From Vicugna vicugna (Eukaryota): 64,000 nucleotides of DNA. This document shows positions 1 through 12,800 of the stretch, in pieces; position 1 is the first letter of the stretch, and each line of letters opens with the position of its first letter. The notes beneath the pieces are model-generated. The model saw only the letters and a list, made by a program, of their open reading frames with translations, was not told the DNA's origin and did no database searches. Where the stretch lies: NCBI GenBank assembly GCA_013265495.1, contig MU058584.1, positions 434,001-498,000 on the forward strand. The letters run 5' to 3'. The position numbers and the translations under genes are program-made.

Positions 1-354
1 ATCACATCATTTTACCTTACGGTGATATATCTAAGAATGGTCTTTTACGTGTTGAACGTGTTATTAATAACAACCCAGAAATTATCACTTGAAAGCACCT
101 TTATAGAAAGCAGAAGTAATATCCTTATCTAGGCAGACTTCATCTGTTTGAAACATGGAAAAAGCTTAAGGTGCTCATTAAATTCTTCTAATGATTTATT
201 ACAGAAACTGTGGCATATTTTTGTCAGTGCTCTGCTAATTCTTATTTTAAGCAAACTAGTTTTTTTTTTAAATCATTTAGATGCAAAAGAACAACCTTTG
301 CATACAGAGCTAGAATTCTCATACTTAATGAGTGTGGACTGTGCCTGGTGTTTC

Positions 355-860
355 AACAAATATTCATTTAAACAACAAATATTTGAGTATCACTATCTGA
401 CGGTATTCTAAGTGTTGGGAAACAGATGGGTGAGGCCTCACTTCTCATGGAACTTATGTTCAAGTGGAGAAGACTCGTTGCAGTACAACTGTGTAATAAG
501 GAAGGTAATATCGGATGGTGGTAATTAAGTCTTGTGAGGGAAGTAAAAGGGATAATGTGACCGAGAGTGACACTGGGGGAGGGTGGGTGGGTGCACTTTG
601 GAGGTGTCTGCAAAGGACTTTCTGAAGACGTGTAATTCAAGCTAAAGCCTAAAAGTTGACGAAGAGCTAGCCGTGCCAAGATCTGTTCGTGGCTGAGGGA
701 TCAGCAGGTACAAGACTGAGAGGCAGAAGCGAGCCTGGCCTCTTCCAGCAACAGAAGGAAAATCCACGTAGAGTGTGGTGGGTGAGAGCGACACGTGGTT
801 GCAGAGGTGGGCAGGCCCAGGTCATGGAGGGCCTTCTAGGCTGTGGCGGGACGGGGTTTC
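355..860 (-). mobile_element. Ancient L2 LINE remnant (approximate bounds)
   Basis: attcatttaaacaacaaatatttgagtatcacta start followed by decayed purine-rich sequence typical of antisense L2 3' ends. Confidence 0.5.
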
Positions 861-2152
861 TCAACGTTTTTGTACCCCAGGCCTATAAATTGGCAGCCAG
901 TGAGATTTTGTGGAGTTTTACTTTTAGTAGTTGGTATTACAAAAATCATGTAACTTTTACAGCACTTGCCTTACCCTCCACATAGAGCAGGCTTCATCTC
1001 TTCTCTGTGGAAGCCCTGCAGGTGTTTGGTGCCCCGAGCTCTCTGGGCTATAACATCTTTAGTTTTCTCAGCCGTCCTTTCCTGTGTGGATGGATTCTTC
1101 AGTCCTGGGGCTTCTCTTTTCTCTGAACACATTTTGTCTGAGGACTTTAGAAATACGTGACATTTTGGTGATGTGAGGAGGGCAGCAGAAGAGGGGTGAG
1201 ATATTAGGGTAAATGAAGTCAGGGTTTTTGAAAGCAGTGTCTGTTTCCAGAAGCGAGGGATCCCCATCGTGTAGCTTTTCTGGAGTCCTGAATGAGGAGA
1301 GACCCCCAATAGACAGAATCTGACAGTTGTTCCCCTGCTAAGACCATCCACTACCCCATAGCTGAACTTGCCCGTATTAGCATTATTTAAATCAGCTCTT
1401 CTCTTGAACTCAGGTTGATTTTCTTTTAGCGTTTCAGAGTGCCCATACCGCTAATGCTTTCAGACAACAACATTCAGATCTGAAAGCACCCCTGAATTTA
1501 AGAGGCAGGTACGGCTCCGAGGATCTTTCCATTCCCAACCCTCTACTTCACCTTCTTCCCTGGGTCGTGTTTTTCACGACTTTCTTCTGAGCATTCTTTT
1601 TCTGGGGGTCTGTCCTGCTTGAAAGTGCTTTCTGCCTAATGCACTGCAGTGCAGGGGTCTGGTGGGGGCGGCCACCCTGCTTGTTTCTTTCTGTTTCTTC
1701 TCCATAACCCATAGATCTGCCATGACAAGGTTCTGTCCACTGGCTGCTTACTGCTGGCACCAGCGTGGAGGTCCAGGGGGAGAGGATTCCTCTGGTTCCC
1801 CAGGACTCTGTGTGTGTATTCATTGATTTACTGAGTTGCTCAAGGAGCTGTGTTTGGGCTGGCAGAGGAAGATAAGGGATTCCAGAAATTCCTGCTGCTT
1901 TCTCTCAGATAGCTGGATAAATTCCCATCCTCTTCCTCCCCCATGAAAGAGGCCTGGGGGCAAGAGGGAGTTGAGATCAGATTGGTCCTGTGATTGACCT
2001 CTTTGTGTTTGTCACTGACTCTTGATCCTTCTGATCAAGATGATTTATTGGCCCATTAATTCTATTAATAATTATTATTGTCATTACAGTTACACCATTC
2101 ATGTAGCCTAGGCATTGCCTTGTTTGTTCATTTAGAATTAGATAATGTAGGC

Positions 2153-2283
2153 GGGGGAGGAAGGTATAGCTCAGTGGTAGAGCACATGCTTAGCATGCAC
2201 AAGGTCCTGGGTTCAATCCCCAGGACCTCCTCTGAAAAATAAAGAAAGAAAGAAACCTAGTTACTGCCCTCTCTCCCCCGGAA
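2153..2283 (+). mobile_element. tRNA-Ala(AGC)-derived SINE, Vic-1-like (camelid)
   Basis: Head ggtatagctcagtggtagagcacatgcttagcatgcacaaggtcctgggttcaatcccca with A and B boxes; A-rich middle and C-rich tail; perfect 14-bp TSD tagataatgtaggc at 2139-2152 and 2284-2297. Confidence 0.9.
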
Positions 2284-2465
2284 TAGATAATGTAGGCCAA
2301 AATGCTTGCATAGATCCTGGCTTGGTGTTCAACTAACAAGCGCACTGCCACTCACATGGGGGTGATTGTCTCCTTAGAGTTAAGGGAATTATTTGGGCGT
2401 TTCCGTCAGTGAGAGGTTTTTTGTTCCCCCAGCTCTGAATCCTGGATTACCTGAGTGGTCTAGTC

Positions 2466-2652
2466 CAGTGGTTCTCAAAGTGTGGTCCCCAGACCAGCAA
2501 GCAGCAAGCTCACCTGGGAACTTTTAGAAATGCAGGGTCTCGGGTCCTACCCAAGACCTACTGAGCCAGAAACTTTGGGGGTGGGGCCCAGCAATCTGCT
2601 TTAACAGGCTCTCTAGGCGATTCTGATGTATGTTTGAGTTTGAGAACCGCTG
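2466..2652 (+). mobile_element. MER5A-like hAT-Charlie MITE
   Basis: TIRs cagtggttctcaaa ... tttgagaaccgctg; internal gtgtggtccccagaccagca and ggggtggggcccagcaatctg. Confidence 0.85.
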
Positions 2653-5519
2653 AGCTGGGCCATCAGCCCAATTTCCTCTTCCCAGGAATATTTCAGGGTA
2701 TGTCTCAGACTCTAGTGTGAAAATTAGTGTCTTCTAAGATGATTTGGTTGAACTGGGTAGGGTCTTAGGAGGGGTTCTGCAAGAATGTGTGGTTTTGTTT
2801 TGGTGATTAGCTGTTCTGAAGGAAGACCTTTTGAGCATAGCACAAGACCTGGTGGGGCTGGCTTGGAGTTGAAGTGGAATGTTTAGCAGAAGGGCCATTG
2901 GGGATTGTAAACTCAGGACAAGGAGTGCAAGTGACACTTACAAGTGACACCCAGGCTACGAGGCTTGAGGACTGCCATCACCCCCACAGAAAGCTTGGGC
3001 AGTGTATCTTTGGGCCAAGGCTGCTTTTCTGTGGTCTGTCTCCATGGGGCAATGCGTGTCTACTTACAAATCTCAGTCTCTTCTGTACTTCCACTGATGA
3101 CCAATCCCCCTTTTGATTTGGGTATGTGTAAATATAGAGGTAGATGTTTAAATAATGTAATCTGGTTCTAGCCAGGTTTACCAGCCTGGGCACCTTTCTG
3201 TTTTCCTTAGGTGATCTTGCATCTTTCTGCGTGGATCTGATACGTGTTTGATTTTTAAGTTGAGTACTCAGCAGGAGACGTGCTTATTATCATCTTTTTG
3301 TCCTCCTTCCTGTCCTCCCTGTCTCTTTTATGGAAGAGACTTGAGAAGGGATCTAGTCCTCTCCTGATTGCAGCCAGACCCTCCTAATGTCCCACTCTGA
3401 CCCCTGGTGAATGACTATGGTGTTCCCTTTGCAAGGAACCGACAGCCTCTGCTGAGAAATTCTTGTGATGAGAGTGCCCACCACCCTTGGAGAACACACA
3501 GGATGTTGCAGGAAAGTTCTCATGGCTAAAGGTTTTTCTTAAGTGTTACTGAAAAGATGACTGTCATCTTTCCTAAGCAAATACCTAAATGCCTAAGAAG
3601 TGATTCTGACGTGGCTGGAAAGCAGCTGAAGTTGGGAGCCTGGGTTGTCCTAGAAGAATAGGTAGCTCTAGATTCCCTGTTTTAAATTCTGCTTAGCACC
3701 AGGTTGTCTGTCTTGAAATATCTTAAGGGAGACACTTGAAGTCTTTCTTATCTTGAAGTGGGGTGATGGGAGATAAGATTCGGGGCCGTTTTGTACTAGA
3801 GAATGTCTCAGTGCCCTGGCTTAAATGGAAGAGCCCAAGCCACTTACAGCTGTTGGGAATGTGGGCTTGCTAAAAAGCCTCTAGAAGAGATGAAGTAGGA
3901 ATGGGCTGAGGGTTAGAAAGGGAGCTGGGCAAGAGATCAGGTCTGAGCAGAGGAAGGAGAGGAGCGTGTTCAGGAATTTTTGCAGATGGATAATTGTGTG
4001 CTTCCCTTTCTCTTTACCATTTACTCAGTGTTTGTCTGTTTTGCTGAACAGCAGCCAAAAGACTCTAAACTCTCTTGCCTGCCATCTGAATAATTTAGTT
4101 GGGTTGTCTGTTCCCTTCCCTGATGATTCCCTAAAGAATCTCTCCTGATTTCAGAGGGGGCCAGGGAGAAGGGACACTTCTCAGAAATCACGTCAAATCT
4201 TTTCTGTTTTTTCCTGACTTGTTTCCCTAAGCCTGGGACCCCTCTTTGATCGCCCCCCAATCCCGACAATATTCGATTCTGCTACTTTATTTTCCATTTC
4301 TAGATGGATGTTTCTTTTCTTTTTTTTCTTTCTAATTAAGAGATTACCTTGCCATTTGGGCTACTGGCAAGTATTTCCCAGAAGATCCAAGGCAAAGCTG
4401 CCAACTTACTGGAGCGTGGCACAGCTGCTGAGGCCGCCCATCTCACAGGCTCTGCAGGGATGTGGGGCTGCCACTTCAACAAGTGTCAGATACACGCATT
4501 TCGCACGTGTAGCCTTAAATTAATATCCCGGAAGGATCTGCCCTGCTTCCCATCTCCGACTCCCTTTTCCATCTTTCAAACATGTGTCTTTTAAACATGA
4601 TTTTCCGACTTTCCAGTCACCACCTACCTACACCGCTATTTTATGCCCTCTCTTCTCTCTCTCTCTGTCTCCAATAAAAGAACCAGAGCATCCTTCACTA
4701 TTATAATAGAGCAGATCGTATGTCCCCTTGACCATGACCAGTTGGCAAGACTGCCCAGCCCGGCAGAGAGCCTGGTTGGTTCCTCTGTGTAGGTTTGGGA
4801 ACCCCTCTTTGATTAAGGAGAGGCCCTCCGCATATTGAACTGATTTTTAGTGCTGGCTATGCCCCTTTTTAATTTTGAGACCTTTTCTCAAAGGGCACTG
4901 CGGTTTCTGCTTGCCTGTTGGAAGTTCTGTGTCTGTGGAAAAGTTCCCTATAACCTTTCAAGGTTTGTACTCTGTTCCAAAGGGGCTGTTGGAAATGAAA
5001 TTGGTCTTTTTTTCTTAAATGATCTCACAGATGATCAAAAGGAGCACATAAAAAACTGTGCTGTGGGGTTGGCAAGGTTGCCAGTGTTCTCTTTACCTTT
5101 GGTCTGGACTCATAGGTCTGAGACAGTGTCTCGCCAACAGTCCTTGGCTGTCCTTGGAGATTGGGGCTGGAGAGACACGGAGGGGAGGCAGGAGGGGGAT
5201 ATTAATGCTTTGAGTGAGTCTGACTTCTTTTTTATCCTAGGAGAGGTATTTGAAATCAGGTTGAAACATTCAGTCCTGAAAAAGTGAGCTTGTGGGAACT
5301 GGAGTTTGATGTCCAGCATTATCTTGGAGGGTTTGGCCAGTGGCTCGCTTGGGTGTGATTGATGCTAAGAGGCTCGTCTGCATTGAAATCGCTCATGCCT
5401 AGTAGCAGAGGGAGTGCCAGCGATGGGGTTCTCTGAATACAGGCTGCCATGTAGTAGTTCTGGGATCTTTGTAGAATTTGCTTCCTCTCTTGTTGAAAAG
5501 AGGTGGAGGTAGTGACTAG

Positions 5520-5870
5520 ACGGTTCTCTGAGGATTAACTGAGTACTTAGTGTAGTGCCTGGCATGCCATGGGTGTTCAATAAATGGAAGCTGCCAGTAA
5601 GAATAACAGTATTGATAATTATTAATAATAATGCCAATATTACTATTTTTCTTACCAGCATGAAGGTGGTGTCCCATCTTTACCGTCCCATAAATACCTT
5701 GTAACCATAGCACTTACCACCCTGTCCTTTAATTGCCAGTGTGCTTGCTGTTTCTCTCTGAGGCCGTATACCTAGGTCCTTGAAACCGCTGTCATGTTTA
5801 CATTGCATCCCAGCTTCTCCAGCACAGTCCCTGGCACAGAGGATAGGCTCAGTATGTACAGATGAACAAA
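5520..5870 (+). mobile_element. MIR/L2 3' end remnants
   Basis: cttagtgtagtgcctggca...ttcaataaat and agcacagtccctggcacagaggataggctcagta terminal motifs. Confidence 0.5.
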
Positions 5871-8568
5871 CTTTTATAATTGACTTTTAAATATGCTCCC
5901 AGACTTCACATTCCTCTGCTCTGCAGTGTGTATCCCGTGCTTCGTGAAGGCTGGGTGTCTCTCTGAACTCCTTTGCTACTTCCCCAGTAGGACCATGTCA
6001 GTTACCGTTTCCTTTATCCATGCCGGCCCCCATTTATCTTCTCTGTTGCCATTCTGCACCCTTTTCTCTCTTCCTGTGTTCCTTCTCTTCTGTGATGCAT
6101 TCCCACTCCAGCCCGTATTCCTCCCATTCACACAGTCTTCTTTCATTCACGGCCCCTAAACTGTCATTGTTCCAGGATTGAATTTTTGTGTGATAGTTTT
6201 ATCTTTCCAACTAGATTGTCAGCTTCTTGAGAGCAACCATATACTACATACATATTGTGTCCACTATAGGTCATAGACCAGGGCCAGGTAAGTAGTTGGT
6301 TCTAGATAAAAAGGAAGCCGTTATCAGAATTACCAAATGAATTAAGCTGTTGGACTAAAGGGGTAAATGAGATAAGAATGTCTTTGCTGATGGAACAGTC
6401 TTTGGAGTTGGTTGTGTGAATGTGGGGGTTGAGGACAATTCCAGCGCCTACCGGCGATTTGGATTTCCTCTACTCTTATCTTCCCAATTCCCATTCTTGC
6501 ATTTTCCAATCAGTTCTTTTCCTGAGTGGGACTTTGGTGTGTCCTCTTAAGGGTTCTAAACTGTGATATTTAGACCAGTTGTCATGAAACAAAGCCAGGC
6601 TCTCACTTGGCGGAGTTCTTGTTCAGGAAGTTGTAGAACTGAAGTGCTGAAAGGACCTGAGTCATCTCGTAGGCTTATGATCCGGCTGTCTTCCTCGGGT
6701 GCTAGAGCTTCACGGTCTTCCCTCCTGATTATTTTATTTTTACGCTGTTGGAAGCATTCACACTTCCTTAAAGGTGTAAAGGAAAATGGAGTGAAATGAA
6801 AACCTGTCTGCTGTCTCTAGGGAGGAAGGTAACATGTTCGGTGGTGGTAACGGAAATGGGAATGAGTAACAGTAGCATCAAGGTTTACCATTTACTTAGT
6901 GGGTTTTATTTACCCATGCTGTGTTCTTTGTGTTTTGTTTGTTTTGTTTTCATTAAGTTGGTTGGTACCAAGCTGTTTCAGCATGAAACTATGATTGCTT
7001 GATTCATTCAACATGTTTTGAGGCCAGAAGTCCAGGGGAGAACTCTGCATGTGGGAGTTTCAGGAGATGCAGTGTGCAGCTCATAGTAGGTGCCTTGTTA
7101 GTGTTTGGGAATGGGTGAATGCTGATGGGAGACACGCCCTGCAGGGATGTGCAGCCTGGTCTGGGACTGCAGTGAAGCAGCAGTGTGAGGGCTGGGGTGA
7201 GTGGGGGTGGAGGCACTGGTCACCGAGAGCGAGCAAGGCCTTGGGAAAAAGGAACAGGAAGGAGGTGCTGGAGGAGTGTCCCATCCACATGAATGAGTGT
7301 CCCATTTCACATGGACAGTGGAAGGCAACCTCTGATAGAAATGGATGTGCTTTGAAGAGATGCATTATGGTATTCTCTTACAGTAGATGAATATTGAAAT
7401 AATTATGGATTGTACAAACTAGCGAAGGGGTTATTTGAAGGGAGCAGACTGCCTGGCATTTAGCAGACGGTCAGTAAACATTTATTGAGTGAATGAGTTC
7501 AGGGCAGAGCGGGGCTGGCAGCCCTAGGGTTTTTGTTCCTCTTTTTCGTTTTCACACGCAACCCTCTGCTGGTTCAGGCAGGAGCTTTTCATTTTCCGTC
7601 TGTAACTAGATGAGAAATTGTGAAGAGTGATTAAAATAATTTATTGGTAGTTCTCTTTTTGCTCATTCCATCGTGAGTAAGTAAGGCCAGGTACTGTGTG
7701 GACGTTTACTGCCAAGTCCATAAAACACGTGTTTTTGAGGGCAGAGTCCACGTCTTTGAGTAATAATTAACTGCTGATGGCATTGTCTTTGGTGCTATGT
7801 GGTAAATAATCAGGAAATACCCAGTTTTTCTTCAATGAGAGTCTCCAGGCCAGTGCAAAGACCACACGCAGGCAAACCTGAAAGGTGGTGTTTTGCCTAA
7901 ACACTAGTGGAAACAAAAGGAAAAAATCGTGCTGGTTTTGTGTTGCCATGTTTAATTGCACGAAAGTGTCGGCTTCCCGTGAACTTCCTCGTGCCTGGAA
8001 GGCACGCTGATGGTGGTGAGGAGCACAGAGCAGAGGCTCTCGACAGCCTGGGTGTCCTGGTTGCTGGATTTTCAGCTGTAGCTGAATCTCCCTTGGGAGT
8101 TTTTAGGTCTGGGTTTCTGTGAAATGGATTGAGCCTTGTCTGTCCTTAAAGTAAGCCTCTGAGAACCAAGTAGAAGCACTGAGTAGTAAAGGCCTTTTAG
8201 TTGGAAGCCTGCAGAGAAGGAGCTTGGGAACAGACTTCAGAAGTCAGGCAGTTTCGGGCTTCTCTTCCCCAGCCCTCCTTAGGCTCAGGAGAGAGGAGAT
8301 TCCTTGTTCAGGGTCATTCAGGGCGAGGCTTCGAGACTGGATCGTCTGTGTTCCCCTCCCTGGGCCCCTTCCACCAGGTACCAGGTCTCCAGAAAGTCAC
8401 TGTTCTGAGTGAGGAAGCAGAGATGCCTGGCCTGAGGGTGCATCGCAGGATGGCAGGACTGAGAGCACCTAACCTGGGTCCCTCTCCTGCCTTGGGGTCA
8501 CACTGTCCTCAGGTTGACTTGTGTTCTCAGGGCTCTGATGGGGAGAGCTTCACAGCACCTGCAGTGCG

Positions 8569-8617
8569 AGGAGGAGGGAGAGGAGAAGGGGGGGGAAGAG
8601 GAGGGGGAGGAGGAGGG
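8569..8617 (+). repeat. Pure polypurine (GGA-rich) tract
   Basis: About 49 nt of only A and G. Confidence 0.85.
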
Positions 8618-9016
8618 TGCCTTGCCCCACCAGTCTCACCCTGAGTGCGCCCTGAGGAAAGATGGATTGCCTGCACCCCTTCCCCACTGCCTGAGGGTGC
8701 TGCCTGCTCTGGTGCTGACCTGGAAGGCATTCTAAGAAGATGGGGGTGAGCAGAGGGATGTAGGAGAGAGTGGGCTGCCTTGATGCTCTTTTAGGGGCTT
8801 AGGGAGGGAGCTGGGGAGTGAATGACATTTTAATTACAGACTGACTTGTCAGGCCTATAATCTTCCTGATGGTCCTCCTTATTTTCTAGTCTTCAGAGTC
8901 ATCTGCATATGAATCGGAGGTGCTGAGGCTTAAAATTTCTGATTTTTGTAATTTCCTGTCAGTCTAACCTTTTGTGATTTTGCCCTGGGAGTAAACAGAG
9001 GGCAGTAGCCAGCTCG

Positions 9017-9056
9017 TTTTTTTTGTTTGTTTGTTTGTTTGTTTGTTTCTTTTTTT
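9017..9056 (+). repeat. (TTTG)n / poly-T microsatellite
   Basis: Direct reading. Confidence 0.9.
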
Positions 9057-9787
9057 GGCTCTCTCATTGGCATGAGAATTGGATTTGGTCATTTCTAGAT
9101 CTGTTTTTTAGAAACTTGAAGCAAAAGTCAACTCAAAAAGAAGCCTGAAGGTGCTGCAAGGCTCTGGGTGGTTCTTGCTGACCTGGCTGGGAAGGAGGAC
9201 CTGGGGGCCACTTGCATGTCTCCCGGAGGCTTTGGAAGCAGGGACATCAGCCTGATGTTTGTTGGTATGTGTATGCAGCGAGTCTCCAAATGATTCTGTT
9301 GTCTCAGATTCACATTTAATCCATTCATTCTTACATTGATTTATTAATTGGCCTACTGTTTATTGAGAGCTTTCCCTGTGTCATGCTCTTTGTTAGCCCT
9401 GGAGATAAAATGGCAAACCAGACATACTCAGACCTTCGTGTGTAGAGGCTGGAAGAAGGAAACTGTCTGGACCAACGCTCTCACCCACTGGCTCCCATTT
9501 AGATGTGGCCTCTGAGGCCTGAGAGGAAGGATGCTTGCCCACAGTTTCAGGGCTGGGAGCCTTGTTTTCCTGGTGAAATAGTAAGCAGTGGGAGGGCAGG
9601 ATCAGGTTTTGTTCTTCTGCATAATACCCTGCAAGTAATAATTACTCTGCAGATATGGGTTGATTGGTTGATTAAATACGGCAAAGACATCCCTTAGGAC
9701 TTCTCCCAATTGGCCTGCTTCCACAGAATTTCGGGTAAGTTCCTGTCCCCTGCCTTACTGGGTGGTAATTTACTGGTTCCCCCCACA

Positions 9788-9833
9788 TCTCAACACAAAT
9801 GCAGCTTTAGTCTCAACACAGATGCAGCTTTAG
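9788..9833. repeat. 23-bp tandem duplication
   Basis: tctcaacacaaatgcagctttag followed by tctcaacacagatgcagctttag (1 mismatch). Confidence 0.95.
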
Positions 9834-12800
9834 GTTACATTTGACTGTCAGATCTCTTTGAATCTGGTTCTAGAATTATGTGTTCAGAACTTAAGGCAGG
9901 AGAAGACCAGATGGAGATTTTACTCTCCTAATAGGGGAGTCTTGCCAAGACACCCTGTAAAGGGTGGGAGAAGAGAACAGGACCGTTCATCGATTTTCTC
10001 CTGTGCTGCTCTGTGCTGGTTGCTTTCTCACACTGCACTTGTTTTATTTAATCCTTTAAACCTTTGTAAGGATCAATAGGTGGTGTGATCCCGGTGTTGC
10101 CAAGGCTAAACAGCAGATAACTGATGAGCTGGCTGAAGCCGGTGTCACTGTGCCTTCTGCCATTTTCCCCAGCCCCTCTGGGAAGTGTGTAGGTAGGCGC
10201 AGTTAGGAGCTTTGAGTGGTTTCTGTGCTTGCTTTTCCCAAGAAGTATTGGATGATTACGTGCAAAACATTTAATCTTACATTTAATAATTTGTGGTAAA
10301 CAATATTTTAGTTGTCTCATAATATTCTATCCTGAAGATATAATGTAATTTTATCTAAAATTTTCTCCAACATGGGCTATAGGCCATTAAGTTTATTTCT
10401 TAGCTTGTGCTTTTACACTAAACGTTGCTATGCATACATCTTTGGATGTGTTTGAGATTATTTGCTTGGGTTAGGTTCCTAGAAATGAATTTGTTAGGAC
10501 AAAGTGTATGAGCAATTTAAACTGCTGATACACATTGCCATAAGGTTTTACAGAAATGTTATAGCACTATGCTAGTTTACTCTGTGTTTCACTTGAGACA
10601 CTTTTGCTCCAGATGATCAGAAAACTTTGACTTTACCTGCCTTGAATAAAAAAGGAATGTATTGGCTTATATAACTTGAAAAAAGATGTAAGGCTAGAGT
10701 TAAGCTTCAGGTATGCCTGGATACAGGGGCGTAAGTTCTGTCTCTTGGATTCGGAACTCCCTTCTCCCTCATGATTAAGAGTTACAAGATTGTTGGCTAC
10801 TAAAGGCAACTGTTGGTGGTGGTGGTGGTGGTGTGTGTGGGGGGGAGTCTGTCTGTGTACTTGGCTATAGTTGAACCTTGAATGAGGAGTCATGTCTCCG
10901 TGACTGGCACAGGCTGCCTCAACCTAGGGAAACTTTCAGGGGAACTTCCTTTTATTTCTTTGGTCCCATTTGATCTGGTTTTGCTGACATGAAAATTTTT
11001 CCTGTGAAGTTTTTTATTAGACAAAGGAGGTGGATTATAGAGCCTTAAGGGGCTGTCCCTTGGTCCATCTCTCCATCTCTGTGCTTGCCCATCTGTCTCT
11101 TCATTCTTTTAGATAATGTAGTGGAGTGAGCCTTGTACAGGAGTTAAAGGATGTGAATTCTCATTCAGGTTCCAGCGCTGGTGCCTTTATACAGTGTGCC
11201 CTAATGGCAATGACCAAAACACAGCTGGGATCAGGGAGCAGGGAGCAGTTGCTCCTCCTGGGGCACCTCTTCCAAAGCATCTGCTTTCCAGCAATTTTTA
11301 AAAGGCAAGATGTTGTCCACATTATAATAAAGGGAAAGTAGTGTGGAAACCAGACATGGAGCTACCCAGGGAACACGATCAAAGGGTGCTGTCTCTTTTT
11401 CCAGCTGATTTGCAGAGTCCACCCCCAGGGTCACTCACCATGACTTTGGAAGCTAAATTTCGCATCTGCTTTCTGAACATTTCCTCATTATTCAAAGAAG
11501 GCTAATACCAGATCTGCCACTCTCAGAGAGTTTGGGAGATGAAATGATGCACGTGGTAGCACTGTGTAAACGTAAGATGATGTGTTAAGGGTTGAGCACC
11601 TAGGGCATGAAAGCAAGTCCCACCTTGCTTCTGAAAGAGGTGATTATATCCCATTCAGTAGGGCCCCAGAGGAATTGGTCTTTTTCCTCTTTGGCAGGAA
11701 AAGTTTGGTAGGATATTCAGGAGCCACTGAATCTCAGCACATAAAGATCTGGACCTCAAAAAGAGCATGCCGTAAGTGCGGATTCAGCTTCTTGTCCGTT
11801 GCCACCGCTGGCCGCCTTCAGCCTGGCTCACGTTACTGCAGCAGCCCCGCCTTGCTGCTCTTCCCCCTGCATCTTCCCCGTGGACTGCTCTTTCTTCAGG
11901 TTTGAGTCCCTCCCATCATGCCACTTGCCCTGCTTCAGCCCTGCTCTTGGGATGCTGCAGACTCCTTCATGGAGCTGAGAAGGAACGATCTGCCTGCAGC
12001 TGATTTCTCCACTTTATTTTCCCCCTTCCTTCTCTGCAGCTTTACATTGCGGTTGGACTTCTTTGTTAACACCATGCCCTCTCCTGCCTTTGGACCCTCC
12101 CACATACAGTGCGTTTCTCCTTAACCCCTTAACCCCAAAGCTTTTAGTCATCTTTTGAATTCCCCCTTACGTGTCACTTCCTCTAATTTTTGTCCATCAA
12201 AAAAAAAAATCGATTGGGAGACCAAATGGCTAGTCACTGACTGTGACTTGGAGTTAAAATGGCTTATGTTTGTGCCCTCTGCCTGGGCAAGTGGTAACTT
12301 GGTATGGAACACAAGTCCAGGAAAACGTGTGGGAGTGGTGTGGTCACTTTGAGCACCGTTCACAATAGGAGCTGGGAGGAAGGTGTTTCATTGTCCCTTT
12401 CACATCGTCCTATGCACGTCTCAACGCGTGCTTTGGGCATGTTCTGTATTAGTGCTTTTGCCCCAGGGTGTGGTGTCCCAGCTTGTGATCAGTGCAGCAG
12501 CCCCCAGCTGTTTAAATGGCTTTCAGAAGGGAGTGGGATGGAGGAATGTAGATGTCAAGCTTACACATTTAATTCTTACAAAATCATTATGAATCTGAAT
12601 CACTGTGTTGGTGTTGCTGCAATTATCTGGGGATTCTCTGGGGCACACATGGGGCTGCGGGTGCTTGTGTGGGGTGGAAATGGGTAGTGATTTGTTACGG
12701 GTAGGACTGTGAATTGAGAAGAAGCTGCTAAAATTTATCCTGGATTTCGCTGAAGTGGGTAAGAGGATATCCAGGTTCTCTGTACAACCAAACATTCATG

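Noticed and set aside
2153..2231. Functional tRNA-Ala gene (also 56445-56518)
   Set aside because: TSDs, SINE-specific 3' extension, imperfect acceptor stem and no oligo-T terminator directly downstream indicate SINE copies.
8201..8735. Poly-Gly, poly-Glu and poly-Pro ORFs
   Set aside because: Translation artefacts of the polypurine tract.
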